A DNA stretch of 64,000 bases from Chloroflexota bacterium (GTDB lineage: Bacteria; Chloroflexota; Limnocylindria; Limnocylindrales; CSP1-4), in assembly GCA_037446495.1 (NCBI GenBank), contig JBBIIL010000004.1, positions 11,916-75,915 of the forward strand, read 5' to 3'. The translations under genes were made by a program, and so were the position numbers. Shown piece by piece: positions 35,320-44,817 of this stretch. Below the pieces are notes generated by a model. The model saw nothing but the letters and a program-made list of their open reading frames with translations, searched no databases and was not told the origin of the DNA. How positions within the stretch are numbered: position 1 is the first letter of the stretch; every line of letters starts with the position of its first letter.

Positions 35320-37266
35320 TCAGGCCGGCTGCGGCGAGGGACTGGGCGCCGGCATGCCGGGGCCCGTGCCGGCGGACGCGCCGCCATCGGTGCCGGGGGC
35401 GATCACCCGCGGGATCCCCGCGTAGCGCCCTTCCTTGGGCGGCAGGTCGTCGAACAGCTTCTCGAACTCGGGGGAGTCGATGGACTCCTCGGCGATGAGC
35501 TTCTCGGCCAGGCGGTCCAGCCGATCACGGTGCGCCGTGAGCACCTCCGTTGCCCGCTCGTAGGCCCGGTCGATGATGGCGCGAACCTCCTCGTCGATCA
35601 TCTTGGCGACGTCATCCGAGTAGTCGCGGGACTCGCCCATCGACCGGCCGAGGAACACCATCTCGTCGCGCTTGCCGAACGAGAGCGGCCCAAGGCGGTC
35701 GCTCATGCCGAACTCGGTGACCATGCGCCGCGCGAGGTCCGTGGCCTTCTCGATGTCGTTGCTGGCGCCGGTGGTCGTGTCGCCGAACACGAGGCGCTCT
35801 GAGACGTTGCCGCCGAGCAGTCCGGCGATCTTGTCCTCGAACTCAGTCTTGGACTGGAGGTAGCGGTCCTCGGTGGGCAGGGCCATCGTGTAGCCGAGGG
35901 CCATGCCGCGGCTGATGACCGTGACCTTGGCCACCGGGTCGCACTTGGGCAGGATCCGCTGCACCACCGCGTGGCCGCCCTCGTGATAGGCGATGATCCG
36001 CTTCTCCTCGTCGGAGATGACGCGACTCTTGCGCTCCGGGCCGGCGACGATGCGCTCGAGGGCCTCCGCGAACTCGTTCTGCCCGACGACCTTCTTGTTG
36101 CGCCGAGCTGCGAGGATCGCGGCCTCGTTGACGAGATTCGCGAGGTCAGCGCCCGAGAACCCGGGCGACTGGCGCGCGACCTCCTCGATCGAGATGGTCT
36201 TGTCGAGCGGCTTGCCCTTGGTGTGGACCTTGAGGATGGCCAGGCGGCCCTTCATGTCCGGGCGGTCGAGGATGACCTGGCGGTCGAAGCGGCCGGGGCG
36301 CAGGAGCGCCGGGTCGAGAACGTCCGGCCGGTTGGTGGCGGCGACGACGATCACGTTGGTGTTCGTGTCGAAGCCGTCCATCTCGACCAGGATCTGGTTG
36401 AGCGTCTGCTCGCGCTCGTCGTGGCTGCCGCCCAGGCCCGCGCCGCGCTGGCGGCCGACCGCGTCGATCTCGTCCACGAACACGATGCACGGGCTGTTGC
36501 GCTTGGCCTGGTCGAACAGGTCGCGCACGCGGCTGGCGCCGACACCCACGAACATCTCGACGAACTCGGAGCCCGAGATGCTGAAGAACGGGACGCCCGC
36601 CTCGCCGGCCACGGCACGCGCCATCAGCGTCTTGCCCGTGCCGGGAGGGCCCACCAGGAGCACACCGCGCGGGATCCGAGCGCCGAGCGAGTTGAACTTC
36701 TCGGGGTACTTGAGGAACTCCACGACTTCCTGGAGCTCGGTCTTGGCCTCGTCCACGCCCGCGACGTCCGCGAACGTGACGACGGTCTTGTTGCCCAGGA
36801 ACATGCGCGCCCGGCTCTTGCCGAAGCTCAGGGCCTGGTTGTTGGTGCCCTGGGCCTGGCGCATCATGAAGAAGATGAAGCCGCCGATGACGAGGAGCGG
36901 CAGCAGGCCCGTCAGCAGCAGCCCGATCCAGGACGTGTCCGGGGTGGGCTTGCGGATGAACATGTCGCCGCTCGGGAACGGCTGATTGCCGGCCGCCGCC
37001 GCCTTGGTCATGTCCGCTGCGACGTCGGTCATGATCGCGTTGGGGACGACCACCGAGTAGGTGGTGTTGTCTTTGAGGGTGACCGTGACGGTCTCGCCGT
37101 CCTGGCTGGCCTTGGTCACCTGCCCTGACTTGACGTCATTGAGGAACTTGAAGTAGCCGTCCTGTTGGGCAGGCGACGAGGAGTTGAGCCATGTGACGAG
37201 CAACACGATCGTGCCCGCCACAAGGACGAGCATCACGATCCCGTTGCGCAGGAATTTCGCGTTCAA
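35320..37266 (-). CDS. ftsH: ATP-dependent zinc metalloprotease FtsH
   Basis: 648 aa with two TM helices, Walker A (GPPGTGKTL) and the zinc site HEGGHA. The TTG start at 37266 is preceded by GGAGG at 8 nt. Confidence 0.96.
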   Translation of the reverse strand: MNAKFLRNGIVMLVLVAGTIVLLVTWLNSSSPAQQDGYFKFLNDVKSGQVTKASQDGETVTVTLKDNTTYSVVVPNAIMTDVAADMTKAAAAGNQPFPSGDMFIRKPTPDTSWIGLLLTGLLPLLVIGGFIFFMMRQAQGTNNQALSFGKSRARMFLGNKTVVTFADVAGVDEAKTELQEVVEFLKYPEKFNSLGARIPRGVLLVGPPGTGKTLMARAVAGEAGVPFFSISGSEFVEMFVGVGASRVRDLFDQAKRNSPCIVFVDEIDAVGRQRGAGLGGSHDEREQTLNQILVEMDGFDTNTNVIVVAATNRPDVLDPALLRPGRFDRQVILDRPDMKGRLAILKVHTKGKPLDKTISIEEVARQSPGFSGADLANLVNEAAILAARRNKKVVGQNEFAEALERIVAGPERKSRVISDEEKRIIAYHEGGHAVVQRILPKCDPVAKVTVISRGMALGYTMALPTEDRYLQSKTEFEDKIAGLLGGNVSERLVFGDTTTGASNDIEKATDLARRMVTEFGMSDRLGPLSFGKRDEMVFLGRSMGESRDYSDDVAKMIDEEVRAIIDRAYERATEVLTAHRDRLDRLAEKLIAEESIDSPEFEKLFDDLPPKEGRYAGIPRVIAPGTDGGASAGTGPGMPAPSPSPQPA

Positions 37267-37423
37267 ACGGAGCGCCTCCGGAGGGTGATGGGCCGGCTCG
37301 AGCCGACCGAAAGGCGAGTATAGCGCCGGGTCCCCCGATACCCCCTCCGGCGCGGCGGTGGGTCTTCATAACCCAATACGCTGCTGCCCTCCCCGCGGAT
37401 GTGTGGACGGTGCGCTCCGGATG

Positions 37424-37446
37424 AACAACAAACCCGCCCGGGCGGT
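37424..37446 (-). terminator. Rho-independent terminator after tRNA-Met
   Basis: The minus strand reads ACCGCCCGGGCGGG followed by TTTGTTGTT, starting 22 nt after the tRNA 3' CCA. Confidence 0.6.
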
Positions 37447-37467
37447 GCCCGAGCGGGTGATGAGTGC

Positions 37468-37542
37468 TGGTGGCTGGGGACAGAATCGAACTGTCGACCG
37501 GGCGGTTATGAGTCGCCTGCTCTGCCGCTGAGCTACCCAGCC
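37468..37542 (-). tRNA. tRNA with CAU anticodon (elongator Met, or Ile2 if lysidine-modified)
   Basis: 75 nt: GGCTGGGTAGCTCAGCGGCAGAGCAGGCGACTCATAACCGCCCGGTCGACAGTTCGATTCTGTCCCCAGCCACCA. It folds into a full cloverleaf with a 7-bp acceptor stem, GTTCGATT T-loop and encoded CCA. It is not initiator-like (G1-C72; no GGG/CCC anticodon stem). There is an A31-C39 mismatch. Confidence 0.93.
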
Positions 37543-37664
37543 ACGGGCGCGGATTGTAGACCAGATGGCAGCCTCTGGTCACAAGCGCGGCGAAAAGCCC
37601 ATTGAGCCAACCCCTCCGAACGGCCACAATGCTGGACCTGAGGTTCTGTCACGGGGAGATCTGG

Positions 37665-39050
37665 ATGGCGAGCGACATGCCCGGCCAGGAGGCCGGACCG
37701 GACCAGCCTGAGCCCACGGCCCCGCCGAGCGCACCCGCGCCCGAGCCCGCGCCCGCGTGGACGACCCCGCCGCCGGCCAGCGCTCCGGGCGGCAGCCCGG
37801 CCTCGGGCACATGGGCCGCCGCTCCCCAGGAGCCCAGCCCACCCCAGCAGCCTGCCCAGCCCGCCCCGGCATGGGGCGGGCAAACACAGCAGGGACAGTG
37901 GGGCGGCCAGCCGCAGGCTGCTCCCGGGCAGCCCGCGCCGCAGGGCTGGGGTGCGCCGCCGCCAACCCAGCAGACTGACCCGACTGCCACGCCGCAGCCG
38001 GTACCGCAGCAGCCGGCGCAGCCCGGCCATTGGGGCACTCCCGGGCAGCCCGCGCCGATTGCCGCCCAGCAGCCGGCGCCGCAGGGCTGGGGTGCGCCGC
38101 CAGCCCAGCAGCCTGCCTGGAATACCACGCCGCAAGAGCAGCCCGCACCGCCGCAGCCGTCGCAGCCCGGCCAGTGGGGCACACAGCCAGCGTCGCAGCA
38201 GGGCTGGGCCCAGCAGCAGCCCGCCCAGGCGCAGCCTGTCGGGCAGGGCCAGTGGGCGGCTCCGGCCGCCGGTGCTGCCGCGTGGAATGCCGCCCCGCCG
38301 CCCCAGGGCGCCGCGCCGCAGCCCGGATGGACCGGGCCCGGTCAGCCCCAGCCCGGCTGGCAGGGTGGTCCGCCGCCCGCCAAGAGCGGCGGGAACAAGG
38401 GCTGCATCATCGGGTGCCTGGTCGTCGTTGTGATCCTGGTGGTGCTCGTGGTCGGCGGGGTCCTGGTGCTCGGTTTGTTCACCTCCAAGGTCGTCACCGA
38501 CCTCGGCACCGGCGTGGGCCTCGACCAGAATGGCAACCTCAAGGACTGCTCGATCGTGTCGAGCGCTCAGCTGCAGACCGTGCTTGGCAAGGACACTGAG
38601 GCGCATCCGCTCGCCGGGCTCGCCAACGCCGCGATCGGCCTCACGCTTGACAAGCGGGTCATACCCGATGCCGACAACTGCTACATCCTCTCGGGCGCCA
38701 GCACCAACACGACGCAGACGTCCGGCGGCTACGGCCGCATCGCCAAGTACAGCAACGGCGACGCGTCGTCGGTGTTCGACAAGGAGAGGGCCAACGCGCA
38801 GAGTGGCCAGTACTTCGCAGTCGACGTGTCAAACGCCGGCGACCAGGCCTTCTGCACGGGCTGGTCGGACAAGTACCCGGCCACGGGTGCGCTCGTCCGC
38901 AAGGGCAACGACCTGGTCTACGTGAGCCTCCTGATCGGCAGCGACTTCGGGAGCCTCAACCTCGATCAGGCCTCCAGCGCCACCGGCGTCCCGTACTCGC
39001 AGCAGGCGTGCGACCAGGCGGTCTCGATCGCGAAGCTCGCGCTGCCCTGA
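37665..39050 (+). CDS. Single-pass membrane protein with a Pro/Gln/Trp-rich repetitive N-terminal region and a Cys-containing extracytoplasmic C-terminal domain
   Basis: ATG 37665 is preceded by GGGGAG. About 250 aa of PQ-rich repeats (QGWGAPP twice, QPGHWGT, QPGQWGT) are followed by a TM helix (CIIGCLVVVVILVVLVVGGVLVLGLF). The globular domain after it is about 190 aa and has 4 Cys. Confidence 0.8.
   Translation: MASDMPGQEAGPDQPEPTAPPSAPAPEPAPAWTTPPPASAPGGSPASGTWAAAPQEPSPPQQPAQPAPAWGGQTQQGQWGGQPQAAPGQPAPQGWGAPPPTQQTDPTATPQPVPQQPAQPGHWGTPGQPAPIAAQQPAPQGWGAPPAQQPAWNTTPQEQPAPPQPSQPGQWGTQPASQQGWAQQQPAQAQPVGQGQWAAPAAGAAAWNAAPPPQGAAPQPGWTGPGQPQPGWQGGPPPAKSGGNKGCIIGCLVVVVILVVLVVGGVLVLGLFTSKVVTDLGTGVGLDQNGNLKDCSIVSSAQLQTVLGKDTEAHPLAGLANAAIGLTLDKRVIPDADNCYILSGASTNTTQTSGGYGRIAKYSNGDASSVFDKERANAQSGQYFAVDVSNAGDQAFCTGWSDKYPATGALVRKGNDLVYVSLLIGSDFGSLNLDQASSATGVPYSQQACDQAVSIAKLALP
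37921..38190 (+). repeat. Internal in-frame duplication inside the PQ-rich gene
   Basis: An identical 20-mer, CTCCCGGGCAGCCCGCGCCG, occurs at 37921 and 38038. An identical 25-mer, CGCCGCAGGGCTGGGGTGCGCCGCC, occurs at 37936 and 38077. Confidence 0.8.
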
Positions 39051-39075
39051 ACTCGCCCGGCCGAACCCGGCGGCG

Positions 39076-39612
39076 TCAGCGACCCGAGCTGCCCGCCGGG
39101 TTCGGGGGATCTCCACCCGGACCGAACAGGAGCCGGATCCACTGCTCGATCGGGCTGGGCTTCTCGGTGACCGCGCCCAGGCGGACACCCGCCGAGCCGG
39201 GAGCGTCTGGCGAGAGCGACGGCGCGTTGTCGGCCAGCGTGAACGGGATCTCCTGCGCGGTGCCCAAGCGGTATGAGCGCGCCTGCTGTTCCACGAAGGC
39301 CTGGCGCTGGATCAGGGCGAGCTCCGACTGAAGGGCAGCCACGTTGGCCGCGAGCCCTGCGTTCGACGTCCGCATCGCCTGGGCCTTGGCCGACGCCTCG
39401 CTGGCCTGGCCCACCTGGTGGGCGAAGAGCACGATCACCCACGCCGCCACGAGCGCACCGAGCAGCAGGGCGATGCGGCGGCGCGTGAGCCCGGCGACGG
39501 GAAGGTCCGCGAGGCTGATGGAGGACGCACCGCCGCGAACGGGGTCGGACGCCGCGACCGCGTTGGCGGCCCCGGTCTCGGGATTGGTCTCGCGGTCGTC
39601 GGCTCGGAACAT
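39076..39612 (-). CDS. FtsB/DivIC-like septum formation initiator family protein
   Basis: 178 aa from ATG 39612. A TM helix (IALLLGALVAAWVIVLF) is followed by a coiled coil (LAANVAALQSELALIQRQAFVEQQARSYRLG). The track start at 39978 is an over-extension. Confidence 0.55.
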   Translation of the reverse strand: MFRADDRETNPETGAANAVAASDPVRGGASSISLADLPVAGLTRRRIALLLGALVAAWVIVLFAHQVGQASEASAKAQAMRTSNAGLAANVAALQSELALIQRQAFVEQQARSYRLGTAQEIPFTLADNAPSLSPDAPGSAGVRLGAVTEKPSPIEQWIRLLFGPGGDPPNPAGSSGR

Positions 39613-39791
39613 TGGAGCGAGGGTAGCTGCGCCGGATTCGCCTGTCAACCGAGTTTGCGCACGCCATGCGGCCGTCGATCGTGCAGCTTCGAGCCTGAGG
39701 CGTGACAGGCGAGGTGTCACGCGGCCCGCACACCGTGGCGTAGACTTCGCTCGCAATCGCTCATCTGTTCGGTTTGCACCGGGAGCCAGCC

Positions 39792-42146
39792 ATGCGCACC
39801 TACGCCCCTGCCACCACGCTGGCGGTCCTCGAGCAGGTCCTCGGCGAGCCGTCACTGGCCCGCGGCGTCGTCCACCACGAGGTGCGCCCCGCCACGGATG
39901 CCCAGTTCGCCGAGTGGCCCGGATGGCTGGACCCGCGGCTCCGGGCCGGCCTGGCGAAGCGCGGCGTCGAGCGGCCATACCTCCACCAGGCAGAGGCCAT
40001 CGAGGCGGTCCACGACGGCAGGGACGTTGTGGTGGTCACGCCCACGGCGTCAGGCAAGTCGCTCTGCTACACGGTGCCCGTGCTCCAGTCGCTCGCTGAT
40101 GACCCGTCGGCGCGGGCGCTGTTCCTGTTCCCCACCAAGGCCCTCGCGCAGGATCAGGTCGCAGAGATCAGCGAGCTGGTTCGAGATGCGGAGCTGGACG
40201 TCTCGTCGGCGGCGTACGACGGGGACACGCCGGCGCCCATCCGGTCGGCCATCCGCAAGGCCGGGCAGGTCGTGGTCACCAACCCGGACATGCTCCACTC
40301 GGCCATCCTCCCCCACCACACCAAGTGGTTCCAGCTGTTCGAGCAGCTTCGCGTGATCGTCATCGACGAGCTGCACACCTATCGCGGCGTCTTCGGCTCG
40401 CACGTGGCCAACGTGCTGCGTCGGCTGCTCCGCCTCTGCGCTCACTACGGCAGCCACCCGGTGATCGTATGCTGCTCCGCCACGATCGGGAACCCAGCCG
40501 AGCTGGCCGCGGCCATCACGGGCCGGCCGGCGCAGCTGGTGGATCGCAACGGTGCGCCGTCCGGGGAGAGGCACCTCGTCCTCGTGGACCCTCCGGTCAT
40601 CGACGGAGCCAGCGGCGCTCGGGGCTCGGCGCTGACCCTCGCCGAGCGGTGGGCGCTCCCGTTCCTTCGCGCGGGCCGCCAGACCGTGGTGTTCGGCAAG
40701 AGCCGCGTCGCCGTCGAGATCATGCTCAGCAACCTGCGGGAGCGCCTGCGCCTGGACCTCGGGCCCCGAAGCCGGATCCGCGGCTACCGGGGCGGTTACC
40801 TGCCCACGGAGCGGCGGGCGATCGAGCGCGGGCTGCGCGATGGCGAGGTGCTGGGCGTCGTGTCCACCAACGCCCTGGAGCTGGGGGTGGACATTGGACG
40901 GCTGGACGTGGCGATCCTCGCCGGCTACCCGGGGTCAATCGCCGGAACGTGGCAGCAGATGGGGCGCGCGGGCCGGCGCGGGGACGTGAGCGTGGCCGTG
41001 CTCGTGGCCTCCCCCGCCCCGGTGGACCAGTACGTGATCCACCACCCGGAGTTCGTGCTCGGCGGTCGGCCCGAGGAGGCGCGCCTCGACCCGGACAACC
41101 TCCACGTGCTGCTCGCGCACATTCGCGCGGCCACGTTCGAGCTGCCGTTCGAGCCCGGCGAGTGGTTCGGCCCGGGACCGGCAGACGAGCTGCTCGCCTT
41201 CCTCGGCGAGGGCGGCCAGGTCCGCCAGGCGGACGACGGGCGGTGGTACTGGAGCTCGGAGAACTTCCCCGCGTCCGAGGTGTCGCTCCGGTCCGCCGCG
41301 CCGGAGAATGTCGTGATCATCGACACATCTCCGGACCGGCCGCGCGTCCTGGGCGAGGTGGACCTGTTCAGCGCCCAGGTCCTCGTCCACGAGCACGCCG
41401 TCTACATGCACGACTCGGTCCAATACCACGTGGACCGGCTCGAGTGGGGCGAGCGCAAGGCGTACGTCCACAAGATCGACGCCGACCACTACACGTACGC
41501 GAACCGCGCCGTGACGCTCAAGCCGCTCGACGTGTTCGCCGAGGCGCCCGCGGCTGGCGGCTCCCGGGTTCACGGCGAGGTGATGGTCGCGAGCCTCGTG
41601 ACGCTCTACAAGAAGCTCAAGTTCGGCACCGACGAGAACGTGGGCTGGGGACCCGTCGACCTGCCGGAGATCGAACTGCAGACCACCGCCTACTGGCTGA
41701 CGGCGCAGGACGCCGCAGCGGGCTGGCGGCGGGACGAGCTCGACGTGGCGCTCATCGGCGCGGGACGAGCCATCCAAGCTGTCGCCGCGGTCCTGCTGAT
41801 GGTTGACCCGCGTGACCTGGGGCTGGTGGCCCAGGTGCGCTCGCCCCACCACGAGGCGCCAACGATCTACCTCTACGAGGCGATGCCTGGCGGCGTGGGG
41901 CTCTCGGAGCGGCTGTGGACGCGCCACGAGGAGCTGGTGACCGGCGCCGCGGAGCTCATTCTCGCCTGTGGCTGCGACGCCGGCTGTCCCGCCTGCACGG
42001 GGCCTCGTCTCGAGCCGCAGGTAGACGGCAAGGCGCTGGCACTTCGGCTGCTGGCCTCGCTCGCGCCCCCGGTCACGGTCGGCCGCGACGCGTCGACCGG
42101 CGAGGAGATCCCCGACACCACGCGGCCGCGGGCGGCGGTCGCATGA
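39792..42146 (+). CDS. DEAD/DEAH-box helicase with a C-terminal DUF1998 zinc domain (MrfA/YprA-like)
   Basis: Motif I is TPTASGKS and motif II is VIDELH. A helicase C-domain follows (VVSTNALELGVDIG, QQMGRAGRR). The C-terminal Cys cluster is ACGCDAGCPAC. ATG 39792 is preceded by GGGAG. Confidence 0.85.
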   Translation: MRTYAPATTLAVLEQVLGEPSLARGVVHHEVRPATDAQFAEWPGWLDPRLRAGLAKRGVERPYLHQAEAIEAVHDGRDVVVVTPTASGKSLCYTVPVLQSLADDPSARALFLFPTKALAQDQVAEISELVRDAELDVSSAAYDGDTPAPIRSAIRKAGQVVVTNPDMLHSAILPHHTKWFQLFEQLRVIVIDELHTYRGVFGSHVANVLRRLLRLCAHYGSHPVIVCCSATIGNPAELAAAITGRPAQLVDRNGAPSGERHLVLVDPPVIDGASGARGSALTLAERWALPFLRAGRQTVVFGKSRVAVEIMLSNLRERLRLDLGPRSRIRGYRGGYLPTERRAIERGLRDGEVLGVVSTNALELGVDIGRLDVAILAGYPGSIAGTWQQMGRAGRRGDVSVAVLVASPAPVDQYVIHHPEFVLGGRPEEARLDPDNLHVLLAHIRAATFELPFEPGEWFGPGPADELLAFLGEGGQVRQADDGRWYWSSENFPASEVSLRSAAPENVVIIDTSPDRPRVLGEVDLFSAQVLVHEHAVYMHDSVQYHVDRLEWGERKAYVHKIDADHYTYANRAVTLKPLDVFAEAPAAGGSRVHGEVMVASLVTLYKKLKFGTDENVGWGPVDLPEIELQTTAYWLTAQDAAAGWRRDELDVALIGAGRAIQAVAAVLLMVDPRDLGLVAQVRSPHHEAPTIYLYEAMPGGVGLSERLWTRHEELVTGAAELILACGCDAGCPACTGPRLEPQVDGKALALRLLASLAPPVTVGRDASTGEEIPDTTRPRAAVA

Positions 42147-42192
42147 CAACCCAGGATCTGCCCGCGGCTGCCCAACCCGCGCGGGCGGTCCC

Positions 42193-43671
42193 ATGACCGT
42201 CGAGCCGCTCGCGACCGTCACCCGCGAGCGGCGGCTGGCCAACCTGCGGGCGACGCTCGCGCGGCCGGGCGGCGCGGCGGCGGGACCCGCGCAGCTGCCG
42301 GCCCGTGCGCCGTTCGCGGGACGGCGGTCGGCGGACCTCGCGCTTCGCCTTGCTCGTGCGCTCGGCGCGGAGGCGGCGGACACGCCCGATGGATGGCTGA
42401 TTCGACGGGTTGTCGCCCCCATCGAGATGCCCCTGGATCGCAGGCGCCTGGCGGTTCTCCCCGGCCACCCGCCGGCCGACGCGCCCCTCGTCTGCCTCGA
42501 CACGGAGACCACTGGCCTCGCCACCGCCGCGGGCACGCTGGCGTTCCTCGTGGGACTGGCGCGCTGGGACGGCACGTCGTTCCGCCAGACGCAGCTCCTG
42601 TTGCCGGACCACGCCGACGAGCCGGCCCTGCTCGCCGAGATCGAGCGCTGGGTCACGCCTGACGCCTGGCTCGTCTCGTACAACGGTCGCGGCTTCGACT
42701 GGCCGCTCATCGAGGCGCGGTTCCGGCTCGCGGGCCGTGCCGCACCGGACCACGCGGGGCACCTCGACCTGCTGCCGTTCGTGCGCCGGGTGTTCCGCCA
42801 CCGCATGGAGGACGCGCGCCTCCGCACGGTTGAGGAGCAGCTGCTCGGGGTGACCCGCACGGGGGACGTCGAGGGCTGGGAGATCCCCTCGATCTACCTC
42901 GACGTGCTCCGGGGCGGGCCCGTGGAGCCCCTGGCCGGCGTCGTCATCCACAACGAGAAGGACGTGCGGTCGCTCGGTCTGCTCCTGGCCCACGTGGAGC
43001 GGCACTATGCCGAGCGCGAGAGGCGACTGGGAGCACCGCGCGGCGACCTGGCCGGCCTCGCCCGCGCCTACGCCCGGGACCGTCGCCACGAGGAGGCGCT
43101 CGCCTGCCTGGACGACGCGCTGGCCGGACCGGGCGAGGCCCGCGATCCGTTCGGGCGGTCGGCCGTCAACCCCGCGGGGCCGGACGCGGAGGATGCACCG
43201 CCTGGGACGGGATGGTGGGAGCCTAGGACCCGGCCCCACTTCGGGGGCAGATCGCCGCGGGGCGGTTGGCGCGGCGCATTGGCGGGGGGCCGCGGGGGGC
43301 CGCTGGGGCCAGACCCCGGCGCCTCCACCTCGTGGGACGCCGGCACACCCTGGACCGACGAGCGGATCGCCGCCGAGCGCGCGCGAGCGCTGCGCCGGCT
43401 CGGACGGTGGCCCGAGGCCGCGGAGGCTTGGCAGTCGGCGGCGGGCGCCGGGGGGGCGCTGGGCGCGATCGCCTGGATCGAGGTCGCAAAGCTGCGCGAG
43501 CACAGGCTCACAGACCCGCGAGGTGCGCTGGCAGCCACCCGCGCTGCATGGCGCATCCTCGAGCGGTCGCGCGCGCTCGGGCGGCCCTACCCGCGAATCG
43601 AGGCAGACCTCGTCCGGCGAGCAGCGCGCCTCAGCGCACGGATCGGGAGGGTCGCTGCGGCCGCCGGGTGA
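42193..43671 (+). CDS. RNase H-fold 3'-5' exonuclease with a TPR-like C-terminus (MrfB/YprB-like)
   Basis: DEDD-type motifs are present: LVCLDTETTGL, SYNGRGFDWPLI and IHNEKDVRSL. The C-terminus has helical repeats (LRRLGRWPEAAEAWQSA...). Confidence 0.75.
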   Translation: MTVEPLATVTRERRLANLRATLARPGGAAAGPAQLPARAPFAGRRSADLALRLARALGAEAADTPDGWLIRRVVAPIEMPLDRRRLAVLPGHPPADAPLVCLDTETTGLATAAGTLAFLVGLARWDGTSFRQTQLLLPDHADEPALLAEIERWVTPDAWLVSYNGRGFDWPLIEARFRLAGRAAPDHAGHLDLLPFVRRVFRHRMEDARLRTVEEQLLGVTRTGDVEGWEIPSIYLDVLRGGPVEPLAGVVIHNEKDVRSLGLLLAHVERHYAERERRLGAPRGDLAGLARAYARDRRHEEALACLDDALAGPGEARDPFGRSAVNPAGPDAEDAPPGTGWWEPRTRPHFGGRSPRGGWRGALAGGRGGPLGPDPGASTSWDAGTPWTDERIAAERARALRRLGRWPEAAEAWQSAAGAGGALGAIAWIEVAKLREHRLTDPRGALAATRAAWRILERSRALGRPYPRIEADLVRRAARLSARIGRVAAAAG

Positions 43672-43733
43672 TGGTCGATCCCGCCAACCGGACGGCGTGA
43701 AAGTCACCACGACAGGCAGCATCGTGCGACGCC

Positions 43734-43768
43734 GTGCACGCAGTTGCGGGACGTCCGTGTGCGTGCAC
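43734..43768. terminator. Hairpin between the convergent mrfB-like and pfkB genes (possible bidirectional terminator)
   Basis: A 9-bp stem pairs GTGCACGCA (43734-43742) with TGCGTGCAC (43760-43768). The 17-nt loop contains GGACGTCC. There is no clear U tract. Confidence 0.3.
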
Positions 43769-43807
43769 AGGCTCGGACAGGACGGCCTGCGGGGCGCGCG
43801 AGAACCG

Positions 43808-44722
43808 TCAGTCGGGGTTGTCGCCGCCGGACATCCGGGCGATGGCGTCCTCGAGGTGGGGAACGCCGAACAGGCCCGGGCCCTCCAGGATCAGCGACCC
43901 GCAGGACGCGCCGAGGCGGAGGTCGCCGTCGTCGCCCGGCCAGGCGCCAACAAGCGCCGGGTTCACCTGTGCCGCGAACACGCCGGACAAGAAGGAGTCG
44001 CCGGCGCCCACGGGGTCCACATACTGGCGGATGGGGATGGAGCGCCAGTGGCGGGACGAGACGATGGCGCCGTCCTCCCCGACCCGATGGGCATTGCCGC
44101 CATGGATACCATCGGTGACGAGCATCTCCGCGCCGGGAAGGAGCAGCCTGGCAAGATCGGCGGCGGTTGTCGCCTCGTCGATGTCATCCACGCCCACGCC
44201 AATCAGGTCAGCGCGCCGGACGACTGGCGAGCTGAAGGGCTGCCGATGGTGGACCTGGGCGCCGGGCACCAGGACGCGGAGGAGGCCCTGCCAGCCGAGC
44301 GCGACGCGGGCGTCCGCGGGTGGGATCCCGGCCCAGGCGTCGGGGATCTCGGCGGCCACCGGGGCGATCATCCACGCGCGGGCGGGCCGCCAGGCGTCGG
44401 GCAGTGCGGCGGGGTCCACCGCATCGGACACCTGGGGCGTCTGCTGGATGCGGCCCGTCGGCGTCTCGATGTTGATGAAGATCGGCCCCTTCGAGTCTGG
44501 CTGGATGTGGATCTCCACCCCCGCATCGCGGATCATCTCGATCTCGGACGACCCGGCCGCCAGCTCGTCGGCCACCACGATCGCACCGACCCGCAGGCCC
44601 AGCCGCGCCAGCGCGAGCGCCGAGTAGGAGGCGCCGCCGCCCAGCCGCCAGCCGCGCGAGTCGTCATCGACCAGATCGCGGCAGGCCGACCCCACCACCA
44701 CGACGTCTGGCGTCCTGCTCAT
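43808..44722 (-). CDS. PfkB-family carbohydrate/nucleoside kinase
   Basis: 304 aa with an N-terminal VVVGSACRDLV motif and C-terminal DPVGAGDSF motif. The ATG is preceded by GGGAGGA. Confidence 0.82.
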   Translation of the reverse strand: MSRTPDVVVVGSACRDLVDDDSRGWRLGGGASYSALALARLGLRVGAIVVADELAAGSSEIEMIRDAGVEIHIQPDSKGPIFINIETPTGRIQQTPQVSDAVDPAALPDAWRPARAWMIAPVAAEIPDAWAGIPPADARVALGWQGLLRVLVPGAQVHHRQPFSSPVVRRADLIGVGVDDIDEATTAADLARLLLPGAEMLVTDGIHGGNAHRVGEDGAIVSSRHWRSIPIRQYVDPVGAGDSFLSGVFAAQVNPALVGAWPGDDGDLRLGASCGSLILEGPGLFGVPHLEDAIARMSGGDNPD

Positions 44723-44817
44723 CCGTCCTCCCGAGGCGACCCAGCGCCCCGCCTATACTGACCGCCCTGCACATGCGCCATGACGGCCTTGAGGCCGTCT
44801 TCGACCGAGGTTTCATC

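Noticed and set aside
37900-38200. Repeated 20-25-mers as a possible CRISPR-like or tandem-repeat array.
   Set aside because: There are only two copies, they are in frame within a continuous coding sequence, and the intervening sequence is also repeat-like. This is an intragenic duplication, not a spacer-repeat array.
37533-38606. A 357-aa minus-strand ORF, and several other ORFs overlapping the PQ-rich gene and the tRNA.
   Set aside because: They are antisense of a repetitive GC-rich coding region, and one would run through the tRNA gene. The plus-strand frame alone continues into a TM helix and a globular domain.
39792-42146. The DUF1998 helicase as DrmA of a DISARM-type defence system.
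   Set aside because: No PLD nuclease, SNF2 protein or methyltransferase is adjacent. The partner is a DEDD exonuclease with a TPR-like tail, matching the MrfA/MrfB repair pair. The question is kept as a check in the findings.
40935-42860. A 641-aa minus-strand ORF, with the overlapping 549-aa ORF at 42073-43722.
   Set aside because: These are antisense shadows of the mrfA-like and mrfB-like genes. They are Arg/Pro/Gly-rich and have no motifs.
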